DNA of 64,000 nucleotides from an uncultured Erysipelotrichaceae bacterium (GCA_902779035.1 CACZAH010000007.1:1184-65183), one strand, 5' to 3'; counted from the first letter of the stretch, positions 7,966 to 19,377 are shown. The notes: a model not told the origin generated them from the sequence alone. Program-made: numbers and translations.

Positions 7966-10317
7966 ATGAATACATTAAATGAATTGGAAGTAAAAACACT
8001 AGATGCTTATTTTAGGACAGTTAATTATCTTTCAGTGGGACAGTTATATCTACTTGATAATCCACTTTTAAAGCGACCATTAGAGTTAAAAGATATTAAA
8101 AACAAAGTAGTAGGGCATTGGGGTACTACTCCAGGACAGAACTTTATTTATACACATTTAAATAGAGTTATAAAGAAGTATGACCTTAATATGATTTATG
8201 TATCAGGACCTGGTCATGGTGGACAGGCCATGGTTTCTAATACGTATTTAGAAGGAACATATAGTGAAGTATATCCTGATATTACTTTAGATGAAGAAGG
8301 ATTAAAAAAACTATTTAAACAGTTCTCTTTTCCTGGTGGTGTGTCATCACATGTCGCACCTGAGACACCTGGTTCTATTAACGAAGGTGGCGAACTTGGT
8401 TATAGTATTGCTCATGCAGTAGGAGCAGTACTAGATAATCCTGGCTTAATCGCAACAGTAGTAGTAGGTGATGGAGAAGCAGAAACGGGTACTCTTGCAA
8501 CTAGTTGGCATTCTAATAAGTTTATTAATCCAGCTACTGATGGAGCAGTATTACCTATACTTCATTTAAATGGTTATAAGATTGCAAACCCTAGTGTACT
8601 TGCTAGAATTAGTGATGAGGAGTTAATCGCTTTATTTATGGGATATGGTTGGAGTCCAATAGTTGTAGAAGGTAGTGAACCTTATCTAATGCATGATAAG
8701 ATGGCTGCTGCTCTAGATAAAGCAATAGCAAGAATTAAACGTATTCAAGATAGAGCTAGAAAAGGTAGTGTTAAAAGGCCATTTTATCCAATGATTATAC
8801 TAAAAACCCCAAAAGGATGGACTGGACCTAAAGAGTTTGCAGGTAAAATTATTGAAGGTAGTTTTAGAGCTCATCAAGTACCAATTACAATAGATTCTAA
8901 AGAAGAAAATTTAAAAATATTAGAGAGTTGGATGCGTAGTTATCATCCTGAAGAATTATTTGATGAAAATGGAAAAGTATATGACTGGATAAAAGAATTT
9001 GTACCTAGTGGTAATAGAAGAATGGGAGCTAATCCTAATGCAAATGGAGGATTATTACTTAAGAGTTTAAGCGTACCTGATTTTAAAGAATATGGTATTG
9101 AAGTAGAATGTGGAAACACTATATCACAAGATATGATGGAATTAGGTAAATTTGTTCGCGATATAATAAAATTAAATAAAGATAATTTTAGAGTATTCTC
9201 ACCAGATGAAGCATTATCAAATAGATTAAATTATATGTTTGATGAGACTAATAGACAGTTTGAAGGTAATATTCTTGATACTGATGAATACTTAAATAAT
9301 AGTGGTAGAGTGATAGATTCAATGTTATCTGAAAACTTATGTGAAGGATGGCTTGAAGGATATTTACTTACAGGGCGTCATGGTTTCTTTGCTAGTTATG
9401 AAGCATTTGTTAGAATAGTAGATTCTATGGCTAGTCAACATGCTAAATGGTTAAAAGTGTGCAACAACCTAGAGTGGCGTGCTCCTATTGCGTCCTTAAA
9501 CTATATTTTAACATCACACTGTTGGCAACAAGATCATAATGGATTTACTCATCAAGATCCAGGGTTCTTAAATCATCTTGTTACTAAAAAGAGTGATATA
9601 GTAAGAATGTACTTGCCACCTGACACTAATACATTATTGTCTTGTTTTGACCATGTAATTAGAAGTAAGAACTATATCAATGTCATAGTCGCTTCTAAAC
9701 ATCCATCAGTACAGTGGTTAACTATGGAAGAGGCGGTAGAACATTGTACTAAAGGAGTAGGAGTATGGGAGTTTGCTAGTAATGATGCAGGAAATCCTGA
9801 TATTGTACTTGCATCATGTGGAGATGCTCCAACTCTAGAAGTGATGGCTTCTCAATCAATTCTAAGACATAATATACCAGATTTAAAAATAAGAGTAGTA
9901 AATGTAGTAGATTTAATGCGTCTTGAATCAAATGATAGACATCCTCATGGACTCTCTGATACTGAGTATGATAATCTATTTACTAAAGATAAACCAATAA
10001 TATTTGCATTCCATGGCTATCCTAGTTTAATACATCAATTAACATATAAAAGAACTAACCAAAAATTACATGTACATGGTTATATAGAAGAAGGTACAAT
10101 AACTACACCTTTTGATATGAAGGTACAAAATAAACTAGATAGATATCATTTAGTAATGGATGTACTTAACTATATAGATGGAGATTATAGAGAGCTAAAT
10201 GATTACTGTGTTAGTATGTTAGATAAACATAACAAATATATTAAAGAATATGGAATAGATATGCCTGAGGTAAGAGATTTTAACTGGGCAGATAGTATGA
10301 AGGATAGTGGTGATTAA
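7966..10317 (+). CDS. xfp: Xylulose-5-phosphate/fructose-6-phosphate phosphoketolase
   Basis: About 784 aa; [21 protein letters not shown] and GDGEAETG (ThDP-binding) signatures. AGGAG precedes ATG 7966; the track start 7933 is an extension. Confidence 0.93.
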   Translation: MNTLNELEVKTLDAYFRTVNYLSVGQLYLLDNPLLKRPLELKDIKNKVVGHWGTTPGQNFIYTHLNRVIKKYDLNMIYVSGPGHGGQAMVSNTYLEGTYSEVYPDITLDEEGLKKLFKQFSFPGGVSSHVAPETPGSINEGGELGYSIAHAVGAVLDNPGLIATVVVGDGEAETGTLATSWHSNKFINPATDGAVLPILHLNGYKIANPSVLARISDEELIALFMGYGWSPIVVEGSEPYLMHDKMAAALDKAIARIKRIQDRARKGSVKRPFYPMIILKTPKGWTGPKEFAGKIIEGSFRAHQVPITIDSKEENLKILESWMRSYHPEELFDENGKVYDWIKEFVPSGNRRMGANPNANGGLLLKSLSVPDFKEYGIEVECGNTISQDMMELGKFVRDIIKLNKDNFRVFSPDEALSNRLNYMFDETNRQFEGNILDTDEYLNNSGRVIDSMLSENLCEGWLEGYLLTGRHGFFASYEAFVRIVDSMASQHAKWLKVCNNLEWRAPIASLNYILTSHCWQQDHNGFTHQDPGFLNHLVTKKSDIVRMYLPPDTNTLLSCFDHVIRSKNYINVIVASKHPSVQWLTMEEAVEHCTKGVGVWEFASNDAGNPDIVLASCGDAPTLEVMASQSILRHNIPDLKIRVVNVVDLMRLESNDRHPHGLSDTEYDNLFTKDKPIIFAFHGYPSLIHQLTYKRTNQKLHVHGYIEEGTITTPFDMKVQNKLDRYHLVMDVLNYIDGDYRELNDYCVSMLDKHNKYIKEYGIDMPEVRDFNWADSMKDSGD

Positions 10318-10320
10318 TAT

Positions 10321-11475
10321 ATGAAAAAGAAATTAGTTATATTAATTAGTATTATTGTTATTGGAACTATAGTCGGAATATTTATTATGCATAAAGATAA
10401 AGGTACTGCGCAAGGAGCTAAGTGGGGAGATGTATATTATGCATATATAAAAGAAATAAAACCATCTGATAATTCAAAGATATTATTCTATGAATCATCA
10501 CTATCTGATGATCCTGTTATGGCTGTATATGATGATAGTAAAAAAGATGCAAATAGTGACGTAGGTTTTTCTATATCTTTATATAAAATAGAAAATGATG
10601 AAGTTGAAAATATGTCAAATAATATATATGGTAATGAAGCTGAAATTAGATTTGGATATGATGTAGAAAAAGGTAAGTATAACTACTTTATGTATTCTAA
10701 TACAGAAGATTCAGAGACATATGAGTCTTTAGATTCTATTGCTATAGAATCAATTGTTTATGATGAACTTACTAAAGAAGGATTAACTGGTACTGAAAGA
10801 GCAGAAAAAGAAAAAGAGAAACTTTCTAAATATGATAATTATGCTAAATACTTTAAAGTTACTAATGAAAAATCTACTGCTTATAAAGATGTTGATTATG
10901 TAATTAATACAGATTATAAATTTAATTATATTTCATATAAAAAAGATGATAATTATTTAAAAAAAGAATTTAGTAAATCTGTAAAATCATATCAAAAGAA
11001 TAAAGACATTGGATTGAAATTTGATAGTTTAATTGAAAAGAATAAAAAGAATGAAGAAATAAATGATACTAAAAAAGTAGAAGATGTAATTAAAGCAGGA
11101 GATTATACGTTAAAATATGGTACATATAAAAGTAGTATATCTAGTTATATGGAAGAGTTTGGTGGCGAATATACAATTAAACCAGATGGAACATTTACAT
11201 ATGTAAATAATTGGACTGATACCGATGGTAATGCTTATACGAATAATGCTGAAGGTACTTATAAAGTAGAATATGCAAATATGAAAGAGATGGATGAAAT
11301 GCCAGATGATTATAAGTGGGTAATTACATTTACGGCAACTAGTTATTCAGGAAAAGGAAGATTTATTGATTCTCCAATTCCAAATGATCAATATTATAAT
11401 GTTGATTCATATGCAATAACAGATAATAATAAATTTCAAGCAGAACAATATGAAAACATTTGGACTTTGAAATAA
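10321..11475 (+). CDS. Hypothetical membrane-anchored protein
   Basis: N-terminal TM helix (LVILISIIVIGTIVGIFIM), then a polar K/D/E/Y-rich region. No family recognised. Confidence 0.5.
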   Translation: MKKKLVILISIIVIGTIVGIFIMHKDKGTAQGAKWGDVYYAYIKEIKPSDNSKILFYESSLSDDPVMAVYDDSKKDANSDVGFSISLYKIENDEVENMSNNIYGNEAEIRFGYDVEKGKYNYFMYSNTEDSETYESLDSIAIESIVYDELTKEGLTGTERAEKEKEKLSKYDNYAKYFKVTNEKSTAYKDVDYVINTDYKFNYISYKKDDNYLKKEFSKSVKSYQKNKDIGLKFDSLIEKNKKNEEINDTKKVEDVIKAGDYTLKYGTYKSSISSYMEEFGGEYTIKPDGTFTYVNNWTDTDGNAYTNNAEGTYKVEYANMKEMDEMPDDYKWVITFTATSYSGKGRFIDSPIPNDQYYNVDSYAITDNNKFQAEQYENIWTLK

Positions 11476-11545
11476 GGAATTGTAATCTATGAAAGATTAT
11501 AAATTCCTTTTTTCTATGTTATAATCTTATTAGAAGGTGAGATTA

Positions 11546-12427
11546 ATGAATAAATATATGGATGATTTTATTAATTATTTAGAATATGAAAGAAACTATT
11601 CTAATAATACAATTATTGCTTATAAAAATGATATTATAGAGTTTATAGATTATTTAGATACTAAAAGAATAATTAATATTAGTGATGTAGATTATGATAC
11701 AATTAGATCATACTTAAGTTATTTATATGATAATAAATATAAAGCTAAATCTATATCTAGAATGATTAGTTCATTACGTAGTTTCTTTAAGTATTTAAAA
11801 GTAAATAAGATTATTACTAACAATCCTATGACATTAATAAGTAATCCTAAAGTAGAAAAGAAACTACCTAAGTATTTAACTATTAATGAAGTAGAATCCA
11901 TATTGAATGCTCCTGATATGAATGATCCTGTAGGTATTCGTGATGCATTTATTTTAGAACTACTTTATGTTAGTGGAATTAGAGTGTCAGAACTAGTTAA
12001 TATTAAAATTAGTGATATAGAAGAAACTGATAAAAGAATTAAAATATTTGGTAAAGGTAGTAAGGAAAGATATGTATTATATGGTAGTAGGTGCAAAGAA
12101 TTATTAAATAAATATTTAAGTATTAGGAATACATTTTTAAAATACCCAAATGATTATTTAATACTTAGTATTACTGGTAAGAAACTAAATCCAAGAGAAG
12201 TTAGAAATATAATAAATAGAATAAAAGTAAAAGCAGGAGTATCTATTTCTATTTCTCCTCATACATTTCGTCATACATTTGCTACGCATATGTTAAATGA
12301 AGGAGCAGATATTCGTGCAGTACAAGAACTATTAGGACATGAGAATCTATCTACTACAACCATTTATACTCATCTAACTAATGAAAAACTAAGAAAAACA
12401 TATTTAAATACACATCCTAGAGCTTAA
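11546..12427 (+). CDS. Tyrosine recombinase, XerC/XerD family
   Basis: Catalytic region ...SPHTFRHTFATHMLNEGADIRAVQELLGHENLSTTTIYTH; about 293 aa. ATG 11546 follows GAAGGTGAG. Confidence 0.85.
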   Translation: MNKYMDDFINYLEYERNYSNNTIIAYKNDIIEFIDYLDTKRIINISDVDYDTIRSYLSYLYDNKYKAKSISRMISSLRSFFKYLKVNKIITNNPMTLISNPKVEKKLPKYLTINEVESILNAPDMNDPVGIRDAFILELLYVSGIRVSELVNIKISDIEETDKRIKIFGKGSKERYVLYGSRCKELLNKYLSIRNTFLKYPNDYLILSITGKKLNPREVRNIINRIKVKAGVSISISPHTFRHTFATHMLNEGADIRAVQELLGHENLSTTTIYTHLTNEKLRKTYLNTHPRA

Positions 12428-12636
12428 AAAAGTATAAACAAAATACTTAATAGAGTTATTATAATTTTATTAAGTAAGTTTATTAATTTCTTTTATAATT
12501 AGTTCATTTATTTATTTAGTGTTTTTTTATAAACCATAATTTTTTCATTATAATTATATCTTCTTTATTGTTAAAATTATTTAAATCTTAATACAAAAAG
12601 TTGAGTATATGTTATAATAGTAATTAAGGTGATGAT

Positions 12637-15624
12637 ATGGCAAGCAAGGAAGAAATAAAAGAATCGATACAAAATAACGGTATTTATAATACGTTAGATA
12701 AATATTCAAATGTTGATGATTTATTTATAATGTTGGATATTGAACATGAAAACCAAGAATATTATAATGTTGAAAGTATTTTAAGACGTTTCCCAAAAAA
12801 TGGTGAATATGATAAATTAATAATTGATACTTTAAAAAAATGTAATTCTAAAGTGTCAAGCTTTGTAAAATTTGAAATAATAGAATTAATTTTTGCAGAT
12901 GAATTAAAACTTCAAACATTGAATGCATATATTTCTATTTTAGATAAAGAATTTGTAGTAGGGATTATTAATACTTTAAATGATGATGAATTAAGAAAAG
13001 AAAAGTTTAGAAAATATATTAGTGATTATGATTCAATAGATTTTTCTGATTATTTGAGACATATAAAAAGTGATGAAATAAGGCTAAGTGAGTTTTTATT
13101 ATATAAAGTACAATTTCCAGACTATCAACTTGATTGGTTTGCTGGTTCGTTTGGAACCGATCAAAGAAGAATGGAAATTTTTGATGAATTTTATGATGAA
13201 TCAAAAAAAGAGCAAATTTCACATTTCGTATTATATTTAAAACGTGAAGAAAATAAAGTAAAATTATTAGATAAATATATTGGTGTTATTGACAGCAAAG
13301 ATATAAGCGAAATTATAGATTTAATAAAAAACAATGATTTAATTTTTCATATTATTAATAAATACAAAAATAAAATAAAGAATTATACTCTTGTAAGATT
13401 GTTATTGAAAATTGATGACGAAAATAAACGGATTCAACTATTGGATGAACTAAGTCATTCATTATTTCCAAATCAAATAATGGATGTAATAATTAGTATT
13501 AAAAATATTAATGAAAGAATTAAAATATTTGATAAGTATAAAGATTTATTTAATTATGACGAATTACGGACTATGTTAATTTATATAAAAAAACCATATG
13601 GTAATGAATTTCTCGACAAATATATTGATTATATTGATGCAACGTTGTTAGCAGATATATGGCTAAGAAGTGATTTTTTTAAAGGAATAACCCTAAGTGA
13701 TGATGAATTCTTTAATAAATATATTGATAGAATTAATACTATAGAATTTTCAAAGATGATGGAAAGATTGGTTAGACAACATTATAATTATGCTGGTGTA
13801 ATTAATTATTTGCTTAGTAAAACAAACAATCGAAAAACAATTAGGAATATTTTTAATGCAATTGCTTTTAATGATAAGGATTACTTTTTAAGCAAATTAA
13901 TAAATAGTACCTTCTTTACTTCTGAAGAAAGGGAAATGTGTAGTATTATATTTGATGGGGATACTCATTTTTATAGTTATTTTATTTTTGAATTATTTGA
14001 AATTCCTGAATTAATGCATAATCGATATTTTTTGAGAAAATTATCAAAATATCCTGAATTATCTCAAAAAATAATTGATTTATACTATAAAAAGCCAAAG
14101 GTTATAGTTTTATTATTGCTAATGATAAAAGAAATATATGGTTATGATATTTATCATGATAATATAATAAACAGTTTAATCCAAGCGGTTTTTAATATAA
14201 ATAATAATTTTTTATACGAGATAGAAGCAGGTAAATTAACTAAGGAAAGAAGGATTATATTAATATATTATTTATTGAATACATATGATAAAGATTCATC
14301 TTTAATCGATGTAGATATAAATAGTATTGATGATCTTGATAGTTATCAAGAAAAACGTGATAAAAAAATAGCTGAACAGTATCTTTTATGCGATGAATTA
14401 GATGAAAAGAAAAACATAGTATTTAATAAAGTGTTTGGATTTAGTATAAATAAAGCTAGAATAATACTTTATAGTTATGGCTTTTCACTAGATAAACTTG
14501 ATAATAATAAATTATTAGATTATATAAGGGTGATTAAAGAAATAATTAAGGAAAAGAATCCTGATACTATCGATAAATATTTTTATAACCTTCCAATTTT
14601 AAATTTTGAGGAAAGACTATTTTTAGAACAAGAATTAAAAAAATTGTTTGTTAAAGACATCAAAAAAAGCTTATATAAAATTGATGATAAACAACCAATA
14701 AATAACCATATTATTTCATTATATGAACCAACTGGTGATTTTTATTTAATGGTTAATAGTTTGTCTGCATTTAGAAACCATGAAACTATTAATGATTATA
14801 ATGATTTTTGGAATAAAAATTCTAATATTCAAAATCATGGTATTTGTTGCTCTTTAATATCCAATCAAAATATTGCTCAGACTGCACCTGTAGATGATAT
14901 AATTTTTGGATTTGCTAATTTTTCTGATTCAGCTATCCAACTGGCAAACAGTTTTGATATATCTTCAGTATCAAATAAATTAAATCTTTCATCAATGGGT
15001 AGAAATCGTTTTATGACGCCTGAGGATTACGTTAATGAATCAAGAATGGAACATAATGAATTTGTTATAGAGAGAATAGAGTTAAGAAATAATATAAATT
15101 TTATTAATCTACAACCAGATTATGTAATAATATATGATTATTTTGATGAAGATAAAATTAACAGAAGTTTAAAAGCTGCTTCTGAATTAAACATACCAAT
15201 AGTGTATTTAGACGCAAATAAAATTGCTTTTAGAGAAGAGGCAATTATTAGTAGCACTATTAAAAAAGCCATTGAAAACCTTAATGTTGATTTGTTTATT
15301 AAGGGGGTTGTTCGATATATTAATAACATATTTGGGTTAAGTGAAAAATATCCTAATCTAGTTGAATTATACTTTGATGAATTGAAACTAAATAATTATA
15401 TTGAGAGTATGTTAATAAAAATAAAAAATGTTTATCAAAAAAATTCAATTGATAATGAAAGTGCACTTGATTTATATAGAAGTATACTTGAATTATTAAC
15501 AAGGGAACAGGAAAAAAGTGTTAGTAATAAATTAGTTGACTTTAATCTAGGTATCAGAAAAGTTAATGAGTATTTAAATAAAGCAAATGAAAAAGAAGAT
15601 ACTAAAGAAAATAAAATTTTGTAA
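12637..15624 (+). CDS. Large hypothetical protein with an N-terminal array of ~30-aa helical repeats
   Basis: 995-aa uninterrupted ORF in an extremely AT-rich context. Repeats of the form [DE]Ex[KR]hxhhDKYhxxID...hh occur (e.g. EENKVKLLDKYIGVIDSKDISEIIDLIKN / DENKRIQLLDELSHSLFPNQIMDVIISIKN / INERIKIFDKYKDLFNYDELRTMLIYIKK). No catalytic motif recognised. Confidence 0.6.
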   Translation: MASKEEIKESIQNNGIYNTLDKYSNVDDLFIMLDIEHENQEYYNVESILRRFPKNGEYDKLIIDTLKKCNSKVSSFVKFEIIELIFADELKLQTLNAYISILDKEFVVGIINTLNDDELRKEKFRKYISDYDSIDFSDYLRHIKSDEIRLSEFLLYKVQFPDYQLDWFAGSFGTDQRRMEIFDEFYDESKKEQISHFVLYLKREENKVKLLDKYIGVIDSKDISEIIDLIKNNDLIFHIINKYKNKIKNYTLVRLLLKIDDENKRIQLLDELSHSLFPNQIMDVIISIKNINERIKIFDKYKDLFNYDELRTMLIYIKKPYGNEFLDKYIDYIDATLLADIWLRSDFFKGITLSDDEFFNKYIDRINTIEFSKMMERLVRQHYNYAGVINYLLSKTNNRKTIRNIFNAIAFNDKDYFLSKLINSTFFTSEEREMCSIIFDGDTHFYSYFIFELFEIPELMHNRYFLRKLSKYPELSQKIIDLYYKKPKVIVLLLLMIKEIYGYDIYHDNIINSLIQAVFNINNNFLYEIEAGKLTKERRIILIYYLLNTYDKDSSLIDVDINSIDDLDSYQEKRDKKIAEQYLLCDELDEKKNIVFNKVFGFSINKARIILYSYGFSLDKLDNNKLLDYIRVIKEIIKEKNPDTIDKYFYNLPILNFEERLFLEQELKKLFVKDIKKSLYKIDDKQPINNHIISLYEPTGDFYLMVNSLSAFRNHETINDYNDFWNKNSNIQNHGICCSLISNQNIAQTAPVDDIIFGFANFSDSAIQLANSFDISSVSNKLNLSSMGRNRFMTPEDYVNESRMEHNEFVIERIELRNNINFINLQPDYVIIYDYFDEDKINRSLKAASELNIPIVYLDANKIAFREEAIISSTIKKAIENLNVDLFIKGVVRYINNIFGLSEKYPNLVELYFDELKLNNYIESMLIKIKNVYQKNSIDNESALDLYRSILELLTREQEKSVSNKLVDFNLGIRKVNEYLNKANEKEDTKENKIL

Positions 15625-15771
15625 TTAAGTTAAAATAAATTGTTATTTAATGTGACAATCGCATGAAAATATATGTAATTATATAGTTAAATATGGAATG
15701 ACAATAAATATAAGATTTTCAATACTTTTGAAATCACTTATATAACGTGTCATTTTTTGTTTCAACAATTT

Positions 15772-16135
15772 TTATTTCATTGTTTTATCTAGCCTTAATA
15801 AATTAAATATTATTTTTCGTACTAATGAAAGATAATTAATTGAATTACCTTCACGATTTCTTGAGTGGTCTTCATCTATAATTATATCTAAACGCCAATG
15901 TAGTCCATACTTTATGTTCCAATGTTATCATGTAGTATTAATGTAAGTTTGCAAAGTAAATTTATCACTGAAAATATAATCTTTTTTAGTGATTCTTTCT
16001 TTATCATTTTCAATTCTATGAACATCAATTCTTCCATGCTCTTTTTCATAGTCAGTTTCTCATATAGCTATATTTATACTAACACCAGATAATGTATCGT
16101 GTGATGGATTTCTATTTTACTCTTTATAAGAGGTA
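15772..16135 (-). pseudogene. ISAs1-family transposase remnant (C-terminal part, with in-frame stops)
   Basis: The minus-strand translation is ..ETDYEKEHGRIDVHRIE...TT**HWNIKYGLHWRLDIIIDEDHSRNREGNSINYLSLVRKIIFNLLRL... This matches the ISAs1 signature (GHGRIE ... HWxIEN.LHWxLDvxFxED.sR.R.g....N...lR..alNlL). No intact ORF remains. Confidence 0.55.
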
Positions 16136-16321
16136 TAGATTGAATAGAGAATGCGAAAGATGGTACCGAAGATGCGTGAGTGAGCATGCAATTTAAATGC
16201 GGTTAATTTGTGAAATAGTGTGATAAGATTATCATGCTGTTTCTTTATTATACTCTCAAGAAGGTGTTAGTTTTAGACATAATGTAGCATGTTGTATGTT
16301 TTTAGATGTATTGTATGATTT

Positions 16322-16608
16322 ATGATGGCGGTATTACTTATGTTAGAGAAATATATAAAATTAAAAGAAAAATATCCAAAATCTGTTATATTGATTAAAG
16401 CGGGTAATTTCTATGATTGTATAAATGATGATGCAATTATTATTAATAATTTATTTAATTATAAGATTAAACAGTTAAGTAAATATATTAGATTAGGTTA
16501 ACAATAACTAGTTTGAATAGAGTAAGATGTTTGCTTACTAGATATGAGATTAATTATATTACTGATATATTAATTCTTGGTATTAATAATATTTTAGTAT
16601 ATGGTTAG
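16322..16608 (+). pseudogene. MutS domain I (mismatch-binding N-terminus) fragment, frameshifted
   Basis: LEKYIKLKEKYPKSVILIKAGNFYDCINDDAIIINNLFNYKIK resembles the MutS N-terminus (QYlelKxxyPdailffrvGDFYElfxeDA). It stops at 16499 and continues in another frame (..ITSLNRVRCLLTRYEINYI..). No downstream MutS domains are present. Confidence 0.45.
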
Positions 16609-16688
16609 TTTGTAAATAGTGTGATTATTCATACTATTTTTTGCATGTAAAATTTATGTAAAATAATTGGAAATAAATCAGAAAAGTA

Positions 16689-16717
16689 TTGAACTTGGAA
16701 TTTGGTTTTGTTATAAT
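16689..16717 (+). promoter_or_regulatory. Sigma-70-type promoter of ppdK
   Basis: TTGAAC (16689-16694), 17-nt spacer, TATAAT (16712-16717). Confidence 0.6.
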
Positions 16718-16743
16718 ATGGGATGTCGAAGGAGGAAAGAATT

Positions 16744-19377
16744 ATGACTAAGTATGTTTACTTATTTAAAGAAGGTAATGCTGATATGCGTAATTTACTT
16801 GGTGGTAAGGGTGCGAATCTTGCTGAAATGACTAATATTGGTCTTCCTGTACCACAAGGTTTTACAATTACAACTGAAGCATGTACTAAGTATTATGAAG
16901 ATGGTAGAGAAATTTCTGATGAGATTCAAAGCCAAATTAATGAGTACATTGAAAAGATGGAAGAGATTACTGGTAAGAAGTTTGGAGATAAAGAAAATCC
17001 TTTACTTGTATCAGTAAGAAGTGGTGCAAGAGCATCTATGCCAGGTATGATGGATACTATTTTAAACTTAGGTTTAAATGAAACTGTAGTTAATACTATT
17101 GCAGAAAAATCAAATAATCCACGTTGGGCTTGGGATTGTTATAGAAGATTTATTCAAATGTATTCTGATGTTGTTATGGAAGTTGGTAAAAAGTATTTCG
17201 AACAACTAATTGATGAAATGAAAGAAAAAAAAGGAGTTACTCAAGATATTGAACTTGATGCTGATGATTTAAAAGAATTAGCTACTCAGTTCAAAAAAGA
17301 GTATAAAGATAAAATTGGTACTGATTTCCCAGATGATCCTAAAGAACAATTAATGGGAGCTATTAAGGCTGTATTTAGATCTTGGGATAATCCACGTGCT
17401 AATGTATATAGAAGAGATAATGATATTCCATATTCTTGGGGAACTGCTGTAAATGTTCAATCTATGGCATTTGGTAACATGGGAGATGACTGTGGTACTG
17501 GTGTTGCATTTACGCGTGATCCTGCAACTGGAGAAAAAGGATTATTTGGTGAATTCTTAACTAATGCACAAGGTGAGGATGTTGTTGCGGGAGTTAGAAC
17601 TCCAATGCATATAACTGAAATGGAAGAAAAATTCCCTGAAGCATTTAAAGAGTTTAAAGAAGTTTGTAAGACTTTAGAAAATCACTATCGTGATATGCAA
17701 GATATGGAATTTACTGTTGAACATGGTAAACTTTACATGTTACAAACAAGAAATGGTAAGAGAACTGCTCAAGCAGCTTTAAAAATTGCATGTGACCTAG
17801 TTGATGAAGGTATGCGTACAGAAGAGGAAGCTGTTGCTATGATTGATCCAAGAAATTTAGATACTTTATTACATCCACAATTTGATGCAAAAGTACTTAA
17901 GAATTCTAAACCAATTGGAAAAGGATTAGGAGCATCTCCTGGAGCTGCATGTGGTAAGGTTGTATTTACTGCTGATGATGCAGTTGCATGGAATGAAAAA
18001 GGTGAAAAAGTTGTATTAGTTAGACTTGAAACTTCTCCAGAAGATATTACAGGTATGAAGGCTAGTCAAGGTATTCTTACAGTTCGTGGAGGAATGACTT
18101 CTCATGCTGCCGTTGTTGCTCGTGGTATGGGTACTTGCTGTGTATCTGGTTGTGGCGACATTGTAATGGATGAAGCTAATAAGAAATTTACTCTTGCAGG
18201 AAAAACATTCCATGAGGGAGATGAAATTTCTATCGATGGATCTACTGGTAATATTTATGATGGTATTATTCCTACAGTAGATGCTACTATTGCTGGTGAA
18301 TTTGGTCGTGTTATGGAGTGGGCTGATAAGATTCGTACACTTAAAGTTAGAACTAATGCAGATACTCCAGCTGATGCAAAGAAGGCTCGTGAATTAGGTG
18401 CAGAAGGTATTGGACTTTGCCGTACAGAGCATATGTTCTTTGAAAGTGATAGAATTGCTGCATTTAGAGAAATGATTTGTTCTGATACTGTTGAAGAAAG
18501 AGAAGCTGCACTAGATAAGATTTTACCTTATCAACAAGGAGACTTCGAAGAATTGTATGAAGCACTTGAAGGATATAGTGTTACAATTCGTTTCTTAGAT
18601 CCACCTCTACATGAATTTGTACCTACAGAAGAAGCAGATATTAAAAAACTTGCTGATGCTAAAGGTAAGACTGTAGAAGAAATTAAAGCATACATTAATT
18701 CATTACATGAATTTAACCCAATGATGGGACACCGTGGATGTAGACTTGCAGTAACTTATCCAGAAATTGCTAAAATGCAAACTAAAGCTGTTATTCGTGC
18801 TGCTATTAATGTTTCTAAAAAACATCCAGATTGGAACATTGTTCCAGAAATTATGATTCCACTTGTATGTGAATTAAAAGAATTAAAATACGTTAAAAAT
18901 ATTGTAGTTGAAACTGCTGATGCAGAGATTAAGGCTGCTAAATCTAACTTAAAATACCAAGTTGGTACTATGATTGAGATTCCTCGTGCAGCTCTTACTG
19001 CAGATGAAATTGCTACTGAAGCTGACTTCTTCTGCTTTGGAACTAACGATTTAACTCAAATGACATTTGGATTCTCAAGAGATGATGCTGGTAAGTTCTT
19101 AGATGCTTACTATGATGCAAAAATATTCGAGAATGATCCATTTGCTAGACTAGATCAAACTGGTGTTGGAAAACTTATGGAAACTGCTATTAAATTAGGT
19201 AAACCAGTTAATAAGAATTTACACTTAGGTATTTGTGGAGAACACGGAGGAGATCCTACTTCTGTTGAGTTCTGTCACAATATTGGACTTGATTATGTAT
19301 CTTGTAGTCCATTTAGAGTACCAATTGCTCGTCTTGCTGCTGCACAAGCTGCAATTAATGCAAAGAATAATAAATAG
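16744..19377 (+). CDS. ppdK: Pyruvate, phosphate dikinase
   Basis: About 877 aa; LLGGKGANLAEM, the phosphohistidine region GGMTSHAAVVARGMG, and C-terminal PEP-utilising motifs (GLCRTEHMF, FFCFGTNDLTQ). GGAGG precedes ATG 16744. Confidence 0.95.
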   Translation: MTKYVYLFKEGNADMRNLLGGKGANLAEMTNIGLPVPQGFTITTEACTKYYEDGREISDEIQSQINEYIEKMEEITGKKFGDKENPLLVSVRSGARASMPGMMDTILNLGLNETVVNTIAEKSNNPRWAWDCYRRFIQMYSDVVMEVGKKYFEQLIDEMKEKKGVTQDIELDADDLKELATQFKKEYKDKIGTDFPDDPKEQLMGAIKAVFRSWDNPRANVYRRDNDIPYSWGTAVNVQSMAFGNMGDDCGTGVAFTRDPATGEKGLFGEFLTNAQGEDVVAGVRTPMHITEMEEKFPEAFKEFKEVCKTLENHYRDMQDMEFTVEHGKLYMLQTRNGKRTAQAALKIACDLVDEGMRTEEEAVAMIDPRNLDTLLHPQFDAKVLKNSKPIGKGLGASPGAACGKVVFTADDAVAWNEKGEKVVLVRLETSPEDITGMKASQGILTVRGGMTSHAAVVARGMGTCCVSGCGDIVMDEANKKFTLAGKTFHEGDEISIDGSTGNIYDGIIPTVDATIAGEFGRVMEWADKIRTLKVRTNADTPADAKKARELGAEGIGLCRTEHMFFESDRIAAFREMICSDTVEEREAALDKILPYQQGDFEELYEALEGYSVTIRFLDPPLHEFVPTEEADIKKLADAKGKTVEEIKAYINSLHEFNPMMGHRGCRLAVTYPEIAKMQTKAVIRAAINVSKKHPDWNIVPEIMIPLVCELKELKYVKNIVVETADAEIKAAKSNLKYQVGTMIEIPRAALTADEIATEADFFCFGTNDLTQMTFGFSRDDAGKFLDAYYDAKIFENDPFARLDQTGVGKLMETAIKLGKPVNKNLHLGICGEHGGDPTSVEFCHNIGLDYVSCSPFRVPIARLAAAQAAINAKNNK

